Assembly: GCA_963695095.1 (NCBI GenBank)
Contig: CAVOFT010000001.1
Coordinates: 2,816,001-2,880,000 of the forward strand
DNA: 64,000 bases
Direction of reading: 5' to 3'
Origin: an uncultured bacterium
GTDB lineage: Bacteria; Krumholzibacteriota; Krumholzibacteriia; JACNKJ01
Shown here: positions 58,521-64,000 of the stretch, piece after piece
How the letters are laid out: each line of letters starts with the position of its first letter
Position numbering within the stretch: the stretch's first letter is position 1
Notes under the pieces: generated by a model
What the model was told of the DNA's origin: nothing
The model's input: only the letters and a program-made list of their open reading frames with translations
Databases searched by the model: none
Program-made: the position numbers and the translations under genes

Positions 58521-59900
58521 GTGACTGCTGCAGCAATCGCCGTCTACGCGCTCTTCCTGGTCTTCGTCGTCGCCCGCTACTTCCGGCCGCGCGTGGACGA
58601 CGAGGGCGACTACCTGCTGGCGGGCCGCTCGCTCACCCTGCCCGCCTTCGTGGCCTCCACGGTATCGAGCTGGTACGGGGGCATCCTCGGCGTCGGCGAG
58701 TACAGCTACAGCTACGGCCTCGCCAACTGGCTCGTCTTCGGCGTGCCCTATTATCTCTACGCGCTCATCTTCGCCCTCTTCCTGGCCGGGCGGGCCCGGC
58801 GCTCGCCCGCCTTGACCATCCCCGATCAGCTTCGCGCCCGCTATGGTCCGGCCGTCGCCCTCACCGGCAGCATCGTCGTCTTCGTGATGACGGCCCCGGC
58901 CGCCTACATGCTCGCCCTCGGCGTGATCATCAGCCAGCTCACCGGGCTGCCGCTCCTGCCCGCGCTCCTCGCCGGGACGCTCTTCAGCCTGGTCGAGATC
59001 TACCGGGGCGGCATGCGCGGCGTGATCTTCACGGACAAGGTGCAATTCGTGCTCATGTTCCTCGGCTTCGGCCTGCTCCTGAGCGCGGCCATGGTCAAGC
59101 TCGGCGGCCTCGGCTGGCTGGCCGCGCAGTTGCCACCCGGCCATCTGAGCGCCACGGGCGGTCAGGGCCTGCAGGCCGTGCTCGTCTGGTACTTCATCGC
59201 CAGCGCCACCCTGGTCGAACCGGTCTTCTACCAGCGCTGCTTCGCGGCCAAGGACGAGGCCACGGCCCGCCGCGGCCTGCTGATCGCCATCGGCTTCTGG
59301 ATGCTCTTCGACTTCCTGACCACCTTCTGCGGCCTCTATGCGCGCGTCGCCCTGCCGGAGCTGGCCGCGGCGGGCGGGCCGGGCGCCGAGGCCGCCTATC
59401 CGCTGCTCGCCCAGAAGCTACTGCCGCCCGTGGCGCAGGCGCTCTTCACGGTGGGCATGCTGGCCACCGTGATGAGCACCATCGACAGCTATGCCTTCCT
59501 GGCTGCGATCACCTTCGGCCGGGACATCCTCTGGCGGCTGCGCGGCGAACGGGGCAGCGCCACCCGTTACAGCCGCCTGGGCATGCTCGTGACGGCGATC
59601 CTCAGCGTGGGCCTCGCGCTCTGGCGGGAGTCCATCGTCGGCCTCTGGCACGACCTGGGCAGCATCGGCACGCCCGCCCTGCTATTCCCGCTCGCCCTCA
59701 GCTTCCGCGCGCGGGCGCCGGCGCCGGCCTGGATCCTCGCCGCCATGCTGGCGGGAGGCGGCGTGAGTCTGGGCTGGGTGATCGTCGAGGCCGTGACCGG
59801 CCTCTACCCGCTCGGGATCCGGCCCATCTTCCCGGGCCTCGTCCTCAGCGGACTGCTCACGGCGATTGCGCTGCGGCGGGGTCCAGGCCCGTCAGGCTGA
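58521..59900 (+). CDS. Sodium:solute symporter, probable thiamine permease
   Basis: YLLAGRSL, TIPD.L..RYG, GG..GV..TD..QF, YQRCFAAK and MST.DS motifs. Confidence 0.88.
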   Translation: MTAAAIAVYALFLVFVVARYFRPRVDDEGDYLLAGRSLTLPAFVASTVSSWYGGILGVGEYSYSYGLANWLVFGVPYYLYALIFALFLAGRARRSPALTIPDQLRARYGPAVALTGSIVVFVMTAPAAYMLALGVIISQLTGLPLLPALLAGTLFSLVEIYRGGMRGVIFTDKVQFVLMFLGFGLLLSAAMVKLGGLGWLAAQLPPGHLSATGGQGLQAVLVWYFIASATLVEPVFYQRCFAAKDEATARRGLLIAIGFWMLFDFLTTFCGLYARVALPELAAAGGPGAEAAYPLLAQKLLPPVAQALFTVGMLATVMSTIDSYAFLAAITFGRDILWRLRGERGSATRYSRLGMLVTAILSVGLALWRESIVGLWHDLGSIGTPALLFPLALSFRARAPAPAWILAAMLAGGGVSLGWVIVEAVTGLYPLGIRPIFPGLVLSGLLTAIALRRGPGPSG

Positions 59901-60573
59901 TGCTGCCGTCCTCCCAGTTCGCCGGCTCGCTCCAGAAGGGCAGGCTCTGCTGGAGGAAGTCCTCCGTGGCGGCGATGGCCGCCTCGATGAGGGGATCCGC
60001 TTCGCCCGGGCGGGGCGCCCACTGGGCATGGCCCTCACGCAGCATGAGCCAGGATCCAGGCAGCTCGCTGCGCCCGCGCACGCCATAGCGACGGAGCTCC
60101 AGATCGGTGGGCGCCTCGGCCAGGCGGACGACCAGCTGCAGCTCGCACAGACGGCGGTCGACCGGCGCCGCCTCGCTGCGCAGGACGAGCTGTTCCACGA
60201 CGACGGTCAGGTGCAGGACCGGGCGGCCCGCGACCGGCTGCGTGTTGAAGCCGAAGGACTGCAGGTTGCGCGCGAGCGTGTCACGGAGGCGCAGGCTGGG
60301 ATCGGCGTAGGGCAATCGGCGCAGGGCCTCGTCACCGGGCAGATCGGGCGCGCGCAGCTCCCAGCGCAATGGGCTGAAGGCACCCAGGCGCTCGTCGGTG
60401 GGCAGTTCCACCTGGTCGAAGCGCAGGGCCGGCAGCTGCTCGGCCCGCTCCAGGTACTCCAGGCGCAGCAGGGTGAGGCCCTCGGGATCGAGCCGCAGCC
60501 CTCCACCCGCGGGGCGGCAGGCAAGCGCGGCCAGGAGGGAGCAGCCGATCAGGACGCGAGCGGGCGACAGCAT
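59857..60573 (-). CDS. Hypothetical lipoprotein
   Basis: gagg RBS; LAALAC lipobox. Confidence 0.6.
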   Translation of the reverse strand: MLSPARVLIGCSLLAALACRPAGGGLRLDPEGLTLLRLEYLERAEQLPALRFDQVELPTDERLGAFSPLRWELRAPDLPGDEALRRLPYADPSLRLRDTLARNLQSFGFNTQPVAGRPVLHLTVVVEQLVLRSEAAPVDRRLCELQLVVRLAEAPTDLELRRYGVRGRSELPGSWLMLREGHAQWAPRPGEADPLIEAAIAATEDFLQQSLPFWSEPANWEDGSISLTGLDPAAAQSP

Positions 60574-60634
60574 GCCTCGATTATCGCGCGATCGCCCGCC
60601 GCAATCCAGCCCTCTTCGCCCGGCGCCGGCCGGC

Positions 60635-62713
60635 CTAGTCGGCGGCGGCCAGCCGGCGCAGCAGCGGGCCTGCCGCGGGCTCCCAGTTGCCCTTGAGCTG
60701 GTTCTGCCCGCCGACGAAGGCCAGGTAGCTGTACTTGCCGTAGTGGGGCACCTTGCTGGCGATGGCCCGCAGCTCGCTGGGGGCGTCGGCAAGCACGGCC
60801 AGATAGCCGCCGCCCTCCCCGCGCTTGCCGGCGTAGACGAGGGCGTGGCCACCCGGCTCGAAGCGCTGGCCCTGGAACATCGTGAAGAAGGGCGTCTGCT
60901 TGAGACCCGGCGCTGCCTCGCCGATCGCGGCCGGCGGGGGCGCCGTGCCCAGCCAGATCACCGTGCGCTCCGCGCTCGCCGTGCCTTCGTCCGCGGCGGC
61001 CTCGCGGAGGCGCGGCTCGCCCTCGACGAAGGCGGCGGCGAACTCGCGCGCGGCCGCGGCGAGCTCCGGCGCCAGGCCGGGCTCGAGCAGGAAGAGCGGA
61101 TCCTCGTCGGCGAGGACGAGGCTGAGCGTGGCCTCCATCTCCTCGTCATAGAGGCGGCGGAAGACGTGGCAGTCGGGGTCCACGGCCACGCTCAGGGGCT
61201 CGGCGCTGAGCCGGCGCTCGAAGGGCAGGCGCGCCACGGCGGTCTGAACCCTGAAGTCGATGGGCCCGCCGGCGCTCTCCACGCGCAGGGGCACGCTGAG
61301 GATGAGCGGCTCGCCTTCCTGCACGAGCTCGCCGCGCAGGATCCACCCGTCGCCCTGCGGCGCCGCCGTCACCTCGCCCAGGGCGAGCTGGGCCGCGCCC
61401 GGCTGCTCCAGCCACTGCCGGCGCTCGTCCTCGAGGGCGCCCGGGGCGAGGCCGCCCACGGTCTCGATCGCCCGGAAGAAATCCGCCCAGGTCGCCGCCT
61501 GCCACTGCCGTTCGGCGACGACGCGACGCAGGGCGGCGCGGAAGGCCTCGCGCCCCACCCGCTCCTCGAGCATGTGGAAGACGAACATGCTCTTGCCGTA
61601 GCCCACGGCCCGCGTCGGCGCGTCGTGGCGGCTGACGAACTCGCTGAGGGGAAAGTCGCGGCCGTCGCGGGTGTAGTGCGTGTAGTCCTTGAGCGTCGTG
61701 CGCCGGTACTGCCGCGCGGCCGCCGCCGATTCGCGCTCCTTGTAGAGGTAGTCGGCGGTGTAGACGGTGAGCCCCTCGCACCAGTTGCCGCCCTCGCCGA
61801 TGAAGACGGAGTTGCCCCACCAGTTGTGCGCGATCTCGTGGCCGAGGCTGGTGGCCTTGATGAAGGGCAGCCGCAAGACCTGCTGCCCGAGCAGGGTCCA
61901 GGAGGGCATGCCGTAGCCCGTGGGGAAGAAGTTCTCGACCACGGCGAACTTCGCGAAGGGGTAGGGCCCGAGGAAACCCTCGTAGAGATCGAGGTAGTCC
62001 GCGCAGGCCTCGAGGTAGCCGGCGGCCAGGCTCGAGTCCTCGGGGAAGAAGTAGGTCTCCACCAGCGTGGGGCCGTGCTGGATCCCGTCCACGCGGAAGC
62101 GGCCCGCGACCAGGTCCAGGCCCTCGCTGGCCTCGGGCGCCTGCCAGGAGGTCTCGCGGCGACCGGCGGCCGTGAAATCGCGCGCGCGACGGCCATTGGT
62201 GATGCTGCTCCAGCCGGCCGGGAGCACGACCGTGACCCGGTGCGCCGAGGCGCCCTCGCCGACGAGGGGATACCAGCCCGCGCCGGCCGCCAGGTAGATG
62301 CCCTCCTCGCCAACTGTGGCGCGGATCTCCGCCCCCACCTTTTCGCGGCCGAAGACGGTGCCGCTCACATCTTGGTAGACCTTGCCCTGCCAGCGGATCA
62401 GCCAGCGCTCGCTCGCGCCCGCGCCTTCCGCGCGCACGAGACGCCAGCGGCGCAGTCCGTCGCCCAGGCTGCTGTCGGGCGGCAGCTCGCTCAGGCTGAG
62501 CCCCGCCTCGCCGGCCTCGGGCGTGAGCTCCGCGTGCAGGCTGAACTCGAGCGCCGCGGCGGGCGCGGACAGCAGCAGCGTATCGGCGGCGCTGAGGCCG
62601 TGGAGGGCCGGGTCGAGCTGGACGCGGAGCGCGTGCTCGCGGACGGCCGGCTGGGCTGCCGCCCGCAGGGGCAGGCAGAGGCAGAGCGCAATGAGGACGG
62701 AGCGCTGGATCAT
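60635..62713 (-). CDS. Secreted M1-family zinc aminopeptidase
   Basis: GPYPF.KFAVVEN..PTGYGMP, HEIAHNWWG...EGLT and GYGK..F.FHML motifs. Confidence 0.88.
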   Translation of the reverse strand: MIQRSVLIALCLCLPLRAAAQPAVREHALRVQLDPALHGLSAADTLLLSAPAAALEFSLHAELTPEAGEAGLSLSELPPDSSLGDGLRRWRLVRAEGAGASERWLIRWQGKVYQDVSGTVFGREKVGAEIRATVGEEGIYLAAGAGWYPLVGEGASAHRVTVVLPAGWSSITNGRRARDFTAAGRRETSWQAPEASEGLDLVAGRFRVDGIQHGPTLVETYFFPEDSSLAAGYLEACADYLDLYEGFLGPYPFAKFAVVENFFPTGYGMPSWTLLGQQVLRLPFIKATSLGHEIAHNWWGNSVFIGEGGNWCEGLTVYTADYLYKERESAAAARQYRRTTLKDYTHYTRDGRDFPLSEFVSRHDAPTRAVGYGKSMFVFHMLEERVGREAFRAALRRVVAERQWQAATWADFFRAIETVGGLAPGALEDERRQWLEQPGAAQLALGEVTAAPQGDGWILRGELVQEGEPLILSVPLRVESAGGPIDFRVQTAVARLPFERRLSAEPLSVAVDPDCHVFRRLYDEEMEATLSLVLADEDPLFLLEPGLAPELAAAAREFAAAFVEGEPRLREAAADEGTASAERTVIWLGTAPPPAAIGEAAPGLKQTPFFTMFQGQRFEPGGHALVYAGKRGEGGGYLAVLADAPSELRAIASKVPHYGKYSYLAFVGGQNQLKGNWEPAAGPLLRRLAAAD

Positions 62714-62834
62714 CGCACACCTCGGGGCAGGGGGACTTGCAGCTCCAAGCTAGCGCAGGCCGCGCCGCGGGAAAAGCCCCGGCGCTCGGCCGGGCGCCCG
62801 ACATCGCGACAAGAGCAGTCCCTTGTCTCCTTGT

Positions 62835-62851
62835 CGCGAATGATTCGCATT
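62835..62851. promoter_or_regulatory. Fur-family-like palindromic operator
   Basis: GCGAAT-g-ATTCGC (62836-62848) in AT-rich DNA upstream of the fur-family gene. Confidence 0.5.
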
Positions 62852-62915
62852 TTAACCCTTGTCAGGCACCCGATTTCGCCTATCTTGGCAGCACTTCCAA
62901 GAATGGTTCCTGATT

Positions 62916-63308
62916 ATGCGCAAGACACAGCAGCGCGAGGCCATCCTCGGCTTCCTCAAGGGCACCCGGTCGCACCCCACCGCCGAGCAGACGCACGCGG
63001 CGGTGCGCCAGGGGCTACCGGCCCTCAGCCTGGGCACCGTCTATCGCAACCTGGGCCGGCTGGTGGGCGAGGGCCTCGTCCGCGAGCTGCCCGCCGGCCC
63101 GCAGGGCCGGCGCTACGACGCGGTCCTGGAGCCCCACCACCACTTCTTCTGCACGCGCTGCGGAAAGGTGGAGGACGTCTACCCGGGCCTGCCGTCCACG
63201 GTCAAGGAAGCCATGATCCGGAGCATCGATCGGGAAGTGACGCAATTCAGACTGCAGTTCTTCGGCCTCTGCGAGGACTGCGACCAGCCAACCAGGAACG
63301 TGAGGTGA
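62916..63308 (+). CDS. perR: Fur-family regulator, probably PerR
   Basis: T.QR.AIL, HPTAE, TVYRNL, RYD, HHHF.C..CG and C..C; directly upstream of ahpC. Confidence 0.8.
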   Translation: MRKTQQREAILGFLKGTRSHPTAEQTHAAVRQGLPALSLGTVYRNLGRLVGEGLVRELPAGPQGRRYDAVLEPHHHFFCTRCGKVEDVYPGLPSTVKEAMIRSIDREVTQFRLQFFGLCEDCDQPTRNVR

Positions 63309-63324
63309 TTGAAGGATGCCAGCG

Positions 63325-63933
63325 ATGATCGAGCAGAAGGTGCCCGTGCAGGTGGGCCAGCCGGCCCCGGACTTCAAGGCCGTCGCCGTGATGCCGGACA
63401 ACAGCTTCAATGAAGACTTCAAGCTCTCCGACTACAAGGGCAAGTACGTGGTCCTCTATTTCTACCCCTTGGACTTCACCTTCGTCTGCCCGACGGAGAT
63501 CATCGAGTTCAACCGCAAGCTGGCCAGGTTCAAGGCGAAGGGCGTCGAGGTGATCGGCGTGTCCGTCGACAGCCAGTTCAGCCACTGGGCCTGGAAGAAC
63601 ACGCCCGTCGAGCAGGGCGGCATCGGCAACATCCAGTACCCGCTGGTCGCCGACCTCGGCAAGACGATCAGCGAGGACTACGGCGTGCTCCTGCCCGGCG
63701 GCGTCGCCCTGCGCGGCACCTTCCTCATCGACAAGGCGGGCCTGGTGCAGCATGCCACCGTCAACAACCTGGGCCTGGGCCGCAACATCGACGAGACCCT
63801 GCGCATGGTCGACGCCCTGCAGCACCTGGAGAAGCACGGCGAGGTCTGCCCGGCCGGATGGACCGAGGGCGAGGAGGCGATGAAGCCCTCCTCCACGGGC
63901 GTGGCCGAGTACCTGACCAAGCACGCCAAGTAG
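63325..63933 (+). CDS. ahpC: Typical 2-Cys peroxiredoxin
   Basis: [23 protein letters not shown] and GEVCPAGW motifs. Alternative start at 63316. Confidence 0.95.
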   Translation: MIEQKVPVQVGQPAPDFKAVAVMPDNSFNEDFKLSDYKGKYVVLYFYPLDFTFVCPTEIIEFNRKLARFKAKGVEVIGVSVDSQFSHWAWKNTPVEQGGIGNIQYPLVADLGKTISEDYGVLLPGGVALRGTFLIDKAGLVQHATVNNLGLGRNIDETLRMVDALQHLEKHGEVCPAGWTEGEEAMKPSSTGVAEYLTKHAK

Positions 63934-63961
63934 CTCACCTGCTCACCCCTCAGTGACAGGC

Positions 63962-63991
63962 GCCCGCCCGGCTCAGGCCGGGCGGGCTTTT
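63962..63991 (+). terminator. Rho-independent terminator
   Basis: gcccgcccggc-tcag-gccgggcgggc followed by tttt. Confidence 0.85.
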
Positions 63992-64000
63992 CATTGCTTC

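Noticed and set aside
59857..59900. 44-bp convergent overlap between the SSS and lipoprotein genes
   Set aside because: Short 3' overlaps are common in high-GC genomes, and there is no sign of function.

Overview
High-GC bacterial chromosomal window, with no rRNA, tRNA, CRISPR array or mobile element recognised. FlgD-Ig/T9SS-like C-termini, TonB-dependent receptors, HmuY, DUF362 and a 'WSQVKSLY' tail suggest an FCB-related candidate phylum such as Krumholzibacteriota, Latescibacterota or Eisenbacteria (inference). In order it holds: a cysteine-desulfurase-type aminotransferase; three secreted proteins built from beta-helix, cohesin-like, dockerin-like and FlgD modules; asnA converging on an archaeal-type gatE-gatD (GatDE Glu-tRNA(Gln) amidotransferase) operon, the most unexpected item; a dimeric dUTPase; a TonB receptor with a tandem-domain HmuY; a double-HxlR/VOC pair; an ECF sigma/anti-sigma envelope operon; a MalT/BTAD regulator; a Tat-DUF362/NapGH-like cluster; a HybA/HybB-like plus 13-heme cytochrome operon with a near-perfect Rex box; PilZ, MscS and XRE genes; a frameshifted acs; two cation:proton antiporters; a frameshifted secreted PLD; a TPP-riboswitch operon (TBDR-thiN-SSS); an M1 peptidase; and perR-ahpC. 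Clustered frameshifts (about 4.2-4.5, 10.5-11.8, 47.4-48.6 and 53.3 kb) look like sequencing or assembly indels. All calls come from motif recognition by eye; no database searches were run.
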